Below, piece by piece: positions 19,145 through 29,114 of a DNA stretch of 64,000 nt (positions are counted from its first letter, which is position 1; every line of letters begins with the position of its first letter). The stretch is from an uncultured delta proteobacterium (GTDB lineage Bacteria > Desulfobacterota > Binatia > DP-6): contig CAWFFN010000012.1 in NCBI GenBank assembly GCA_963815115.1, positions 736,001 to 800,000 on the forward strand, read 5' to 3'. A program made the translations under genes and the position numbers. The notes below the pieces were generated by a model. The model made no database searches. It was given only the letters and a program-made list of their open reading frames with translations, and was not told the origin of the DNA.

Positions 19145-20329
19145 ATGACGAGCCAGGGAAACATGATCTGGGCCGGTGACGGGGCCGAGGGCCGAGCGCT
19201 CATCGAAGCCACCGCGCGCGAGGTCGGGCTCGACGTCCGCTTCTGCGCGCTGCGAGAGCTCGGCGACAAGACCCCGACCGGTCGGGACGAGCTGATCGGC
19301 ATCGAGGTCGGTGCCGACCCGGCACGCGCCCTCACCCTGGTGACGCAGCTGCACGGCCGCTTGCCGCGTGCGGCCATCCTCGTGGCCTCGCCCGACGGCA
19401 GCGTCGGCTTCGTCCGCCAGGCGATCCAGGCGGGCGCGAGCGACGTGCTGTCGCTGCCGCTACAGTCGAACGAACTGCACAAGGCGCTCATCCGCTCGGC
19501 GCACACGGGACCAAGGATGCCCGCGGCGCAGGAATCGCTCGGCGACGTCATCACGGTGTGCGGCGCCCGCGGCGGCCTCGGCGCGACCACGCTGGCCGTC
19601 AACCTGGCCTCCAAGCTCGCCTGTGTCGCCGAGGGCGAGGTGGTGCTGGTCGACCTCGACCTGCAGCGCGGCGATGTCGCCGCCTTCCTGAACCTCACGC
19701 CGATGAACTCGCTCGCCAATCTGGCCACGGCGCCGGGCGAGATCGACGAGATCTTCCTGGCCGGCACCCTGACCCGGCACCCGAACGGCGTGTTCGTGCT
19801 GCCCGCGCCGACCGAGATCGAGGAAGCCGACTCGGTCGGTCACGACGAGATCAAGCTCGCGCTCGATCTGCTGCGCGCCCGGTTCCGTTACACGGTGGTG
19901 GACACGTCGCGCACGGTGACCGGCGTCACCGTGGCGGCGATCGAGGCCAGCCGGAGGGTGCTGCTTCTGAGCGATCTCTCGGTGCCCGGAGTTCGCGCGG
20001 CACGGCGTACCGTCGAGCTGCTCGCCAGACTCGGGCTGCCGCAGGATCGCATCGAGCTACTGGTAACCGAGGCCGTCCCCGGTCCTGTCAGCCTGCAAGA
20101 CGCCGCCCGTGCGATCGGGAAGACCCCGTTCTTCGTGGTCCCGCGCGACGATGCCTCGGCCGCCGAGGCGATGAATCACGGTGCGCCGCTCAACGGCAAG
20201 CCGACCAAGCTCGCGCTCGCGATGGCCGAGCTGGCCGCCAAGGTGGCGGGCGTTCCCGCCGTCGGCAAACCCGGGACGGGCCAGCGGCTGCGCAGGCTCT
20301 TCACCCGCAACGAGAGGGTCCACGCATGA
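19145..20329 (+). CDS. cpaE: CpaE/TadZ pilus localisation protein (atypical receiver plus MinD/ParA-like)
   Basis: Degenerate REC domain ([10 protein letters not shown]), [27 protein letters not shown]. Confidence 0.88.
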   Translation: MTSQGNMIWAGDGAEGRALIEATAREVGLDVRFCALRELGDKTPTGRDELIGIEVGADPARALTLVTQLHGRLPRAAILVASPDGSVGFVRQAIQAGASDVLSLPLQSNELHKALIRSAHTGPRMPAAQESLGDVITVCGARGGLGATTLAVNLASKLACVAEGEVVLVDLDLQRGDVAAFLNLTPMNSLANLATAPGEIDEIFLAGTLTRHPNGVFVLPAPTEIEEADSVGHDEIKLALDLLRARFRYTVVDTSRTVTGVTVAAIEASRRVLLLSDLSVPGVRAARRTVELLARLGLPQDRIELLVTEAVPGPVSLQDAARAIGKTPFFVVPRDDASAAEAMNHGAPLNGKPTKLALAMAELAAKVAGVPAVGKPGTGQRLRRLFTRNERVHA

Positions 20330-21699
20330 AGCTCCGCGATCGCTTCGGAATCGTTCCCAAGGTCACGCCGGTCCCCGCCAAGAGCGCGGAGCCCGTCGTC
20401 CGCCTCGTCACCCGGACGCGCTCGACGCCGGCGGACCGCAACTACCAGGACCTGAAGCTGCGCATCCACCGCGACCTGATCGACCGCATCGACCTGAGCA
20501 ACCTCGGGCGAGTGGACCTGGAGAGCGCAAACGCCGAGCTGCGGCGGGCGATCGTCGAGCTGATCGACGAGCAGGCCGTGCCGCTCAGCCAGCGCGACCG
20601 CGAGCAGCTCGGTGAGGAGATCCTGAACGAGGTGCACGGCCTGGGCCCGATCGAGCCGCTGATGCACGACCCCGATGTGTGCGACATCCTGGTCAACACG
20701 GCGCGGCAGGTCTACGTCGAGCGCAACGGCAAGCTCGAGCTGACGCCGGTCGTGTTCCGGGACAGCACCCACCTGCTGCAGATCATCGACCGGATCGTCT
20801 CGCGAGTGGGCCGGCGCATCGACGAGTCGTCGCCCATGGTCGACGCCCGCCTGCCCGACGGCTCGCGCGTGAATGCGGTGATCCCGCCCCTCGCGCTGGA
20901 CGGCCCTCTGCTCTCGATCCGCCGCTTCGGTCGCGACCCGCTCACCGTCGACGACCTGGTGGGGCTCGGATCGCTCACGCCCGAACTGGTCGCGGTGCTG
21001 CACGAGATGGTGCGGGCGCGGCTCAACATCCTGGTCTCCGGCGGCACGGGATCGGGGAAGACGACGCTCCTCAACTGCCTCTCGTCCTTCATCCCCGACT
21101 CGGAGCGCATCGTCACCATCGAGGACTCGGCCGAGCTGCAGCTCCAGCAGTCCCACGTGTGCCGGCTGGAGACCCGCCCCGCCAACGTCGAAGGCCGAGG
21201 CGAGATCACGCAGCGCGACCTGCTGCGCAACACGCTGCGCATGCGGCCCGACCGCATCATCGTCGGCGAGGTGCGCGGCGCCGAGGCGCTCGACATGCTG
21301 CAGGCGATGAACACCGGCCACGACGGCTCGATCTCCACCCTGCACGCCAACGCGCCGCGCGATGCGATCAACCGCCTCGAGATGATGATCCAGATGGCCG
21401 GCTTCGAGCTGCCATCGAAAGCCATGCGGCAGCAGATCAGCCTCGCCCTCGACGTCATCGTGCAGACGGCACGGCTCGCCGACGGCACGCGCAGGATCAC
21501 CTCCGTGAGCGAGGTCGCCGGCATGGAGGGCGACACCATCATGCTGCAGGAGCTGTTCGCCTTCGAGCGCGACGGCGTCGAGGACGGCCGCGTCGTCGGG
21601 CGGCTCGTGTCGACGGGCCTCCGACCGCGGTTCGCGGATCGGGTGAAGGCGTCGAGCCACGAGGTCGATCCCACGGTCTTCGACTATCTGAAGGGCTGA
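20326..21699 (+). CDS. cpaF: CpaF/TadA pilus assembly ATPase
   Basis: [70 protein letters not shown]. Confidence 0.97.
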   Translation: MKLRDRFGIVPKVTPVPAKSAEPVVRLVTRTRSTPADRNYQDLKLRIHRDLIDRIDLSNLGRVDLESANAELRRAIVELIDEQAVPLSQRDREQLGEEILNEVHGLGPIEPLMHDPDVCDILVNTARQVYVERNGKLELTPVVFRDSTHLLQIIDRIVSRVGRRIDESSPMVDARLPDGSRVNAVIPPLALDGPLLSIRRFGRDPLTVDDLVGLGSLTPELVAVLHEMVRARLNILVSGGTGSGKTTLLNCLSSFIPDSERIVTIEDSAELQLQQSHVCRLETRPANVEGRGEITQRDLLRNTLRMRPDRIIVGEVRGAEALDMLQAMNTGHDGSISTLHANAPRDAINRLEMMIQMAGFELPSKAMRQQISLALDVIVQTARLADGTRRITSVSEVAGMEGDTIMLQELFAFERDGVEDGRVVGRLVSTGLRPRFADRVKASSHEVDPTVFDYLKG

Positions 21700-21711
21700 G
21701 GGGGTACGGAC

Positions 21712-22674
21712 ATGTTCGCCGGACTTGCGCTGCTGATATTCGTCTCCCTGGCCCTCGCGGGGTACGCGCTCGCGACCATCCTGCGCGCCCGCGACGAGGC
21801 GAGAGCGATCCTCGACCGACGCCTCTGGACGATGACGGGCGCGGGGGACGGCAAGCTCCACAAGGCGGTGCTGAAGGACCGGCGGCTCTCCGCCATCGGC
21901 TTCGTGAACGCGTTGCTGCCGCGCCTCGGCGTCGTGCAGCCGCTGATGCGAATGACCGCCCGCGCGGGACTCAAGAAGCGCGTCGGCGAGGTCCTGCTCT
22001 ACGTCGCGCTGGCGGCGTGCGCGGTCACCCTGCTCGTCACGCTGGCGACGGGGAACTTGCTGCTCGGCATCCTGAGCGGAGCCGTCGGTGGTGTTGTCCC
22101 GCTCCTGGTCGTCCGCCGGATGGCCCGCCGACGCTCGCAGCGCTTCGCCGAGCAGCTTCCCGACGCACTCGACCTCGCGCGGGCGGCGCTCCAGGCCGGG
22201 CACGGCTTCATGGCGGCGCTGAGCGTCGTGGCGGACGAGTTCCCGGATCCGATCGCGCAGGAGTTCCGGGAGGTCACCGAGGAGGTCCGGCTCGGGCTCT
22301 CGCTGCGCGAGGCGCTCGACGACATGGCCGACCGGGTCGGCACTCCGGACCTCGCGCTCCTCCAGGTGGGCGTGCTGGTCGCGCAGGACATCGGCGGCAA
22401 TCTCGCCGAGGTGCTGGACAACATCAGCTACACCATCCGCGAGCGCTTCAAGGTGCAGCGGGAGACGAGGGTGCTCACCGCGCAGGGCCGGCTGTCGGGC
22501 GGCGTGCTGACCGTGCTGCCCTTCCTGGTGGCCATCGGCATGTCGATCTTCAACCCGGGCTACCTCTCCCCCATGTTCGAGTCCGAAACCGGCCGGCACA
22601 TGCTCATGTATGCCGCTGGCAGCCTGCTCGTCGGACACTTCGTCATCCGTCGGCTCGTCTCTATCAAGGTCTGA
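21712..22674 (+). CDS. tadB: TadB (T2SSF domain)
   Basis: QLPDALDL..ALQAGH, GGNLAEVLDN, LTAQGRLS; position after tadA. Confidence 0.93.
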   Translation: MFAGLALLIFVSLALAGYALATILRARDEARAILDRRLWTMTGAGDGKLHKAVLKDRRLSAIGFVNALLPRLGVVQPLMRMTARAGLKKRVGEVLLYVALAACAVTLLVTLATGNLLLGILSGAVGGVVPLLVVRRMARRRSQRFAEQLPDALDLARAALQAGHGFMAALSVVADEFPDPIAQEFREVTEEVRLGLSLREALDDMADRVGTPDLALLQVGVLVAQDIGGNLAEVLDNISYTIRERFKVQRETRVLTAQGRLSGGVLTVLPFLVAIGMSIFNPGYLSPMFESETGRHMLMYAAGSLLVGHFVIRRLVSIKV

Positions 22675-22681
22675 GGACGCC

Positions 22682-23611
22682 ATGACCATCGAGCTGCTCA
22701 CCTTCGCCACCTTCGTCACCGTTACCGGACTGGCCCTCGCCCTCTTCCAGGCGGTGATGGGCGAGTCGGCGGTCGCCCAGCGCGTGAGGGCCCTCGTCGG
22801 TGAGCCCGCACGAACCGGGGCAGATCGCGGGGCACCACGCGCAGCCCGCCCGGGACTCACCGCCCGCGCGCTCGCCCAGATCGGCCAGTACGGCCCCTCG
22901 GGCGACAGGTCGCTTTCCCAGCGTCTGGTGGTCGCGGGCTTTCGTCGCGCGAATGCGCCCGCCGTCTTTCTCGGGGTGCGCACGGTTCTGAGCCTCGCTC
23001 CGGCGCTGCTGCTCCTCGTGAAGGGGGTGTCCAGCGGCATGCCTCTCGGCGGCGCCCTAGCGACCGCGGGTATGGTCTGGCTGAACGGCCATGTGCTCGC
23101 GAACATGTTGCTCAAGCGCCGCGCCCGTACTCGGGCCAACCAGATCACGACCGCGCTGCCCGATGCGCTCGATCTGATGGTCGTCTGTCTCGAGGCCGGG
23201 ATGGGGCTGAACGCGACCATCGCGAAGGTAGGCGAGGAGCGCTCGACGATCGAGGACATCCTCGGCGACGAGTTCGCGCAGGTGGCCCTGGAGCTGCGTA
23301 ACGGGCGGACCCGTGAGGAAGCCCTGCGGTCGCTCGCCAACCGCAACGGCTCCGATGATCTGAAGTCGCTGGTCGGCCTCGTCATCCAGAGCGATCGGCT
23401 GGGTGCCAGCATGGCGAAGACGCTCCGCACGCATGCCGACCTCCTGCGTACGAAGCGGCGCCAGCGCGCCGAGGAGGCGGCCCGCAAGCTGCCCATCAAG
23501 ATGCTCATTCCGCTGGCGGCATTGATCCTGCCGGCGCTCTTCGTGGTCACGACGGGCCCCGCGATCCTCAAGATCGGCGATCTGGGCACGATCATGGGTG
23601 GCAAGCACTGA
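22682..23611 (+). CDS. tadC: TadC (T2SSF domain)
   Basis: LPDALDLMVVCLEAGMGL, RRQRAEEAARKLPIKMLIPL. Confidence 0.93.
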   Translation: MTIELLTFATFVTVTGLALALFQAVMGESAVAQRVRALVGEPARTGADRGAPRAARPGLTARALAQIGQYGPSGDRSLSQRLVVAGFRRANAPAVFLGVRTVLSLAPALLLLVKGVSSGMPLGGALATAGMVWLNGHVLANMLLKRRARTRANQITTALPDALDLMVVCLEAGMGLNATIAKVGEERSTIEDILGDEFAQVALELRNGRTREEALRSLANRNGSDDLKSLVGLVIQSDRLGASMAKTLRTHADLLRTKRRQRAEEAARKLPIKMLIPLAALILPALFVVTTGPAILKIGDLGTIMGGKH

Positions 23612-23616
23612 GGGCC

Positions 23617-24606
23617 ATGGAGAGAACGGACCGCATGCTCCGTGCGAGTGCCGGCCCGGTGGTACTGGCCGACCGGCTGCGTCCCGCACACACGCACTGG
23701 ACGCGGCTGCGGGGGCTGCTTGGCACCAGGCATCTCGCCCCTGGCGAGGGCCTCTGGATCAGGCCCTCGAGCCAGGTCCACTCCTTCGGCATGGCCTACG
23801 CGCTCGACCTGGTCTTCCTCGACGAAGCCGGCCGCGTGCTGCACTTGGTGCACGCCCTGGCACCGAATCGGATCTCGCCGCGCGTGGCGGGCGCGACCAG
23901 CGTGCTCGAGCTGCCCGCGGGAACGCTGGCGGGCGTCGCGCTGACGCAGGGCGACCGCGTCGAGATCGACGGCGTGACGGAGTCGATGCGATCGATACGG
24001 GCCGACGTGGTCGGTGCGCTCCTGTCGAACCTCACGCTCGCATTGCTGTACGGCCTCTTCGCCGCAGCGCACGTGACCAACGCCGTCGCGACGGGACAGT
24101 GGGCGACCACGATGCCCCTGGTGGCACAGGAGGCGTTACTCGTGGTGCTCTTCCTCACCCGCCGCCGCAGCGTCGCCACGTCGGGCCGCGCGCTGGATTG
24201 GATCGTAGGCGTTGCCGGAACGGTGCTGCCGCTCTTCATGCGGCCCGGCGATGTGCTCGGCCCGCTCAGCTGGTTCGGACAGCCGTTGCAGTGCCTCGGA
24301 CTGGCAGCCGCGGTCCTCGGTCTCGCGTCCCTGGGACGCAGCGTCGGGGTGGTTGCCGCCAACCGCGGCATCAAGACGTCCGGCCTCTACCAGTTCGTGC
24401 GCCACCCGGCATACGCGGGGTACCTGCTGGGCTACGTCGGCTACGTCATCTCCTACCCGACTCCCCGCAACGCGCTGCTCGCGGCCGCCACCCTGCTCGC
24501 GCTCAACGCGCGCGCGATCGTCGAGGAGCGCTTCCTTGCGCAGGACGCGGGCTACCGCGTCTACCTGCGCGGGATCCGCTGGCGCTTCCTACCCTACGTC
24601 TACTAG
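23617..24606 (+). CDS. DUF192 domain in frame with an isoprenylcysteine carboxyl methyltransferase (ICMT/PEMT)-family membrane domain
   Basis: N-half RLRGLLG..GEGL..VHSFGMAYALDLVFLD..SVLELPAG (DUF192); C-half ANRGIKTSGLYQFVRHPAY..EERFL..Y..RFLP (ICMT). Could be two genes joined by an indel. Confidence 0.8.
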   Translation: MERTDRMLRASAGPVVLADRLRPAHTHWTRLRGLLGTRHLAPGEGLWIRPSSQVHSFGMAYALDLVFLDEAGRVLHLVHALAPNRISPRVAGATSVLELPAGTLAGVALTQGDRVEIDGVTESMRSIRADVVGALLSNLTLALLYGLFAAAHVTNAVATGQWATTMPLVAQEALLVVLFLTRRRSVATSGRALDWIVGVAGTVLPLFMRPGDVLGPLSWFGQPLQCLGLAAAVLGLASLGRSVGVVAANRGIKTSGLYQFVRHPAYAGYLLGYVGYVISYPTPRNALLAAATLLALNARAIVEERFLAQDAGYRVYLRGIRWRFLPYVY

Positions 24607-26093
24607 GGAAACGTGGTCGGTAGTAGCTGACCGCGGCGGTCGGCGCGTGGGAGCGCGAGACCGGGCCTCGCGAACAGCTGGTAGACGTCGTCCTGATAGA
24701 CGAGTGGCCACGAGGCGTTCTCCTCGAGTGCGAGCGACAGGCGTCGCGACCTTGGCACCAGGACCGCATCGGTAGGGTACCTCTCGAGGACGTCGCGCCA
24801 CCCGGGCGACGCATCGTACAGGCCGACGTTCTCGGCCAGTGCCTCCGGAGGATAGGCAGCCTCGAAGCGACCGTCGAAGCTGACCTTGACGGCGGGATGG
24901 AGCTTCCAGCTGACGAACGCGCCGACCTCGAAGGGGACCATGAGGTTGCCGTGGAACCCGTTCTGCCGGAGGTAGTCGACGGCGCCCACCGGGTAAAGAA
25001 CGGAGGGGTGCTCGCCGGGATTCGCGGGGAGGTACACGTCCCAGGGCCTCTCCCGGACCACGGCGACGGCTGCGAGCATGGCCACGAGACCCCACAGCGC
25101 TACCGGCGCGCGACGTCGAGCCCAGAACGCCCGCAGCATCGCCCCGAGCCGCGTCGGCTCGATCTGTGCGGGCACGTGGCAGAGCCAGACGACGGCGTAG
25201 ATCGACAGGTGGCGCTGGTGGCGCAGCGCCGCGTAGCCGGCGACGAGCACGAGCGGCCACCCGGGTGCATCGCGCACGCCGCGCATCGCCAGGGCGTAGC
25301 CGATGACGGCGAGCGAGACGCCGAACGGCGCCAGGTTCGGGACTCCGCCCGCCCACAACGGTTGCCATTCGGCCACCAGCGAGCGATCGAGGCGGAGGGC
25401 GGTCCACAGGTACGGGAAGTAGTGGTACCCGTAGGGATTGGCCGCGATGAGCGCGACCATCGCGACGCCGACCAGGACGAGGTGGACCGCCGGCCTCCGT
25501 CGGACGATCTGCTCGAGCGTGTGCAGCCAGAAGAAGACGAGCCCGACGACGAAGCCCCCGTGGCAGTTGAGCCAGAGAACGTAGAGCGCGAGCCACGGGA
25601 CGATCCAGCCCCTCCGTCCGCGTCGGTCGGCCTCCAGACACCAGAGCAGCACCACCACGAACAGCAGCGTGAAGACCTGGGCGCGGAGCGTGGTCATGCC
25701 CACCCAGCTCATCATGATCGCGACCGGCGTCAGCACGGTCAGGACGCCCAGGCTCGCGCCGCGGCGGCGGGCGAGCTCGAAGGCGCCCGTCGCGATGCCG
25801 AGCGTGAGGATCCACTTGAGGGCCTGCAGTCCCGCGAGACCACCGCGCGTGAGCGCCACATAGACGATCGCCGCCTCGGCCCACTCGTGGTGCACGACAG
25901 GGTAGACGGTCGGGGTGTACGCGAAGCGGTCCTCGAGGGGGATGCGGCCGAGCGCGTGGCTCTCCCGGACGAGGGCGATCCCGTGGAACATGTCGGGATC
26001 GACGAACGTTGCGACACCCGAGGCGAACAGGAGCAGGAGAGCTGCGAGAGCGAGCGCGTTCTTGGCATGGCCCGCTGACGCTGGGGATCGCAT
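24603..26093 (-). CDS. Polytopic membrane protein, putative GT-C-fold glycosyltransferase
   Basis: TM1 followed by DPD...D.FAYT..V.HEW loop, RAQVFT, LWLNCHGGF, NPYG, EWQP, V.FDGR; about 11 TM segments. Confidence 0.65.
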   Translation of the reverse strand: MRSPASAGHAKNALALAALLLLFASGVATFVDPDMFHGIALVRESHALGRIPLEDRFAYTPTVYPVVHHEWAEAAIVYVALTRGGLAGLQALKWILTLGIATGAFELARRRGASLGVLTVLTPVAIMMSWVGMTTLRAQVFTLLFVVVLLWCLEADRRGRRGWIVPWLALYVLWLNCHGGFVVGLVFFWLHTLEQIVRRRPAVHLVLVGVAMVALIAANPYGYHYFPYLWTALRLDRSLVAEWQPLWAGGVPNLAPFGVSLAVIGYALAMRGVRDAPGWPLVLVAGYAALRHQRHLSIYAVVWLCHVPAQIEPTRLGAMLRAFWARRRAPVALWGLVAMLAAVAVVRERPWDVYLPANPGEHPSVLYPVGAVDYLRQNGFHGNLMVPFEVGAFVSWKLHPAVKVSFDGRFEAAYPPEALAENVGLYDASPGWRDVLERYPTDAVLVPRSRRLSLALEENASWPLVYQDDVYQLFARPGLALPRADRRGQLLPTTFP

Positions 26094-26255
26094 GGAGGGG
26101 ATGAGGTTGCTCGGCGGCGACCCCACCTGCAAGCGGGTCTCGGCTGCGAATGCGTTTCAACTCCGAGCGTCCCCGTTGACGCGGGCGGGGAGCCGGGGGT
26201 AGCGGAGCGCGAGCCGAACGGCCCGCTCCGGAGTATCCGGGGGAGGGGAGAATCG

Positions 26256-26611
26256 ATGATACCGCCGTCCGTCGCCGCTCGCATGACCGTCGTGGCCCTG
26301 TTGGCCGTCCTGCAAGCTCCGGGAGTGGCAACCGGTCAGCCCGACTCTCGACGACGACGACCACGAGTGGCACGACGTCGAGCCCGAAGGCCACTCAGGC
26401 GCCGGGCTGCTCGGCACTCGGCGCGATGTGCGGCCACTGCGGGCCAGCGGGACAATGCCTGGAGCATGTGGATCCTGGACCGCCGGCGCGGGTGTGCGTG
26501 AACGGCGGATTCTGCGTCGAGGTCGGCTGCGGCGCCGACGCGCAATGCCTGCCACACCAGACCTGCGCCACCCTCGGTGATGTCAGCGCGTGCTGTGCGC
26601 GCTGTCCCTGA
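26256..26611 (+). CDS. Small secreted Thr-linker/12-Cys protein interrupted by one frameshift (about 26346)
   Basis: GGAGGGGAG RBS and signal-like MIPPSVAARMTVVALLAVLQAPGVATG; the adjacent frame continues STTTTTSGTTSSPKATQAPGC...ACCARCP-stop. Confidence 0.6.
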
Positions 26612-26637
26612 ATCTCCCCGGCGCCGACGCCTCGGGC

Positions 26638-27867
26638 TCACGTCATCCCGGAGCGCGTCTTCGCCTGGCGGATGTAGCGCTGGAGATCCTCGCGATCGAT
26701 GAGCGACATGATCTCGACCCGGTTGCCTTCGAGCGTGCGGTAGATCAGGCGAACGTCGGTGGCGACGCGGATGCGATAGCAGCCGGGCAGTCCCTCGAGC
26801 GGGATGGCCCGCAGGCTCGGGTGACGCCAGTCCTCGGCGAGACGGTAGGTCTTCTCGAAGGCGTTGCGCACCACCTTGCGGTCCCAGCGCCGGATCGACT
26901 CGTAGAACTCGTCGGTGAAGATCGGCAGGCTCCACGCCGCGGCGGGGGCCGAGGGGCGTGCGGCCTCGTCGGTCGTGATGCGCGCCGGCCGCTCGTCCGC
27001 CTGCGCGCGCAACCGCGCCGACAGTGCGGACTCCGACTCGCGCGCTTCCTCGAGCTCGCCCTCGAGGGCGCGCAGGCGGCGACGGGCCGCCTCGAGCTCG
27101 CCAGTGAGGCGCGTGACCTCGCCGGCGGTACCCTCCCGGAGCTGGGCGCGCAGCGCGTCGCGCTCGCGCAGCAAGCGGTCGCGCTCCGTCTCGAGACGCT
27201 CGCGCGCGTCCTCCGCGGCACGCGCCTCGCGCCGGGCGGCCGCGACGCCACCTTCGAGCTCGACCAGCCGATCCTTCATCGTATCGACGCGCCTGAGCGC
27301 CCGCTCGCGCGCGCGCTGGGCGTGCGCCGCTTCCTTCTCCTTCTCCCTGGCGACGCGCTCGGCCTCCGTCTCGCCCGGCTCGCTGGCCGGCGCCGTGTCG
27401 GGCTCCTCCTCCGCGGCCTTGGCGCGCTCGTCGGCGTCGTCGAATTCCTTGACGATGGTCTGGACGAGCTCGACAGCCAGCGGGCCGCTCGCCGGCGTCT
27501 CGGCGACGAGCAGCGCCCACGCCAGGTCGCGCGCCGGATCGCGCGACGCGAGCACCAGGTTGCGCACCGCCTCGGCGCCGCCGTCGGTGCGCACGGCGGA
27601 GAGGAGAGGGGGCTCGCCCAGGTCTCTCAGCAGCGTCTTGTCGACGGTGCGGGCGACCTCGGCGTCGTCCTCGTAGTAGTCGACCAGGCTCCAGGCGAGG
27701 TCCCATGCCGACATGGTCTCGAGGCGCGTGCCGGGAGGCGCGGTGCCGAGGCGGCCGACGAGCTTCAGCAGCGCCTTCGGCGCCAGCGAGACGACGATGA
27801 AGGTCGTTCGCTGGTCGGCGGTGAGCGGGGAGAGCAGGGCCACGCCCCGATTGTATTCGTCCGCCAC
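26638..27867 (-). CDS. Coiled-coil protein with C-terminal RelE/ParE-like domain
   Basis: Helical N-domain, long E/R/A heptad region, C-terminal IFTDEFYESI..HPSLRAIPLEG..YRIRVATDVRLIY..VEIMSLIDREDL. Confidence 0.75.
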   Translation of the reverse strand: MADEYNRGVALLSPLTADQRTTFIVVSLAPKALLKLVGRLGTAPPGTRLETMSAWDLAWSLVDYYEDDAEVARTVDKTLLRDLGEPPLLSAVRTDGGAEAVRNLVLASRDPARDLAWALLVAETPASGPLAVELVQTIVKEFDDADERAKAAEEEPDTAPASEPGETEAERVAREKEKEAAHAQRARERALRRVDTMKDRLVELEGGVAAARREARAAEDARERLETERDRLLRERDALRAQLREGTAGEVTRLTGELEAARRRLRALEGELEEARESESALSARLRAQADERPARITTDEAARPSAPAAAWSLPIFTDEFYESIRRWDRKVVRNAFEKTYRLAEDWRHPSLRAIPLEGLPGCYRIRVATDVRLIYRTLEGNRVEIMSLIDREDLQRYIRQAKTRSGMT

Positions 27868-27889
27868 GGATGCGCCAGGAGCGGCGGGG

Positions 27890-29002
27890 TCAGATCCCGC
27901 CTGCCCGGGCGGCCGCACGCCGGGCGAGGGCGGCGAGCTGACCCTCCTCGACCTCGCGCAGGCGCTCGAGCGTGCCGGACATGGTCCGGAGCCAGCCCAG
28001 GGGGTCGGCCGGATCGGGCTCGGCGCGGCGCAGTCCCGCCAGCGCGGTGCTCTCTCGCGCCTCGAGCAGCGCGAGATACGACTTCGCCATGCGTCCGTAC
28101 TCCGCGTCCGGCATCACGGCAGCGATCGACGCGGCGACCGCGACGAGCTGGTGGTCGATGCGGCCGTAGCTCTGGATGGCGGTGTCGAGCGTCGCCGCGG
28201 CGCGCCGGATGGCCGGCAGCTCGGCGAGCGCGGCCAGCGCGGTGACGATCGCAGCGTGAACGGGCTCGGGGAGGCGTGGCCCGCCGGCGGTGACGAAGCC
28301 GGCGAGATCCGTGATTCCGCGGTCGGTGGTGATCTGCTGCGCGGCGAGCTGGCCGGCGAGCGGCTGCCGCTCCGAGGCGACGTGCACGCAGGCGAGCCCG
28401 CGCTCCTGCTGCAGCTCGTAGAGCAACCGGCCGACGCGCAACGCCAGGTCGGCGAGGAGCTGGAGCCCGCCCTCGACCCCCTCCGCGGGGTCCGCGCCCG
28501 GCGTCCGCGGTCTGCCCTCGCGGTGGACCTCGACCACGAGGCCCGCGGCGCGGGCCGGGGCGAACACTGCCTCGACCCGTGCCGCGACGCGGTCCGGCTG
28601 TCCGGGACCCAGGATGACCTCGAGACGCCGGTAGCGTCCCGGCACGCGCGCGTCCTCGACGATGGTCTCCACCATGTACGGGCTGAGCTCGACGAGACGC
28701 TCGAGCAACGGCCGGTCGGGCTCGGCGGGGATCACACGCACCCACACCGGTCCGATGGGCGGTACCTCTTCCCGGCTGCGACTCGCCACCCGCCGCGCGA
28801 TCAGCGCGGCGAAGTCCCGGCAGGTGCGGGCGCCGTCGAGATCGTCCTCCGCCAGGGTGACGCCGAAGGCGTTCTCGAGCGCTCGCGCGACGTCGAGGAG
28901 CGCGATCGGGTCGAGCCGCAGCGCCGTTCCGGGCTCGAGCGCGTTCGCATCGCACCCGAGACTCGCCGCAACCACGCGTCGCACGCGTGGCTCGACGGCC
29001 AT
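27890..29002 (-). CDS. ACP-like domain (no Ppant Ser) plus unknown domain plus NIT-like nitrate/nitrite-sensing domain
   Basis: VRRVVAASLG..LRLDPIALLDVARALENAFGVTL..TCRDF (ACP pattern); LLYELQQERGL..AS..LAAQQITTD and YLALLEARE (NIT pattern). Confidence 0.65.
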   Translation of the reverse strand: MAVEPRVRRVVAASLGCDANALEPGTALRLDPIALLDVARALENAFGVTLAEDDLDGARTCRDFAALIARRVASRSREEVPPIGPVWVRVIPAEPDRPLLERLVELSPYMVETIVEDARVPGRYRRLEVILGPGQPDRVAARVEAVFAPARAAGLVVEVHREGRPRTPGADPAEGVEGGLQLLADLALRVGRLLYELQQERGLACVHVASERQPLAGQLAAQQITTDRGITDLAGFVTAGGPRLPEPVHAAIVTALAALAELPAIRRAAATLDTAIQSYGRIDHQLVAVAASIAAVMPDAEYGRMAKSYLALLEARESTALAGLRRAEPDPADPLGWLRTMSGTLERLREVEEGQLAALARRAAARAGGI

Positions 29003-29114
29003 GTATGACCTCGGCAAGCCGGACCTCCGGTGGCTGGCGCCTCGCGCAGGGAGCAGACGTTCTGCTCTCCCGAGTCCTAGCATCGCCGGGTGGGCTTGAG
29101 AACCCTGTCTTCGG

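Noticed and set aside
19555-19600. Walker A without lysine ([10 protein letters not shown]) in CpaE
   Set aside because: Degenerate Walker A motifs are normal for CpaE/TadZ proteins.
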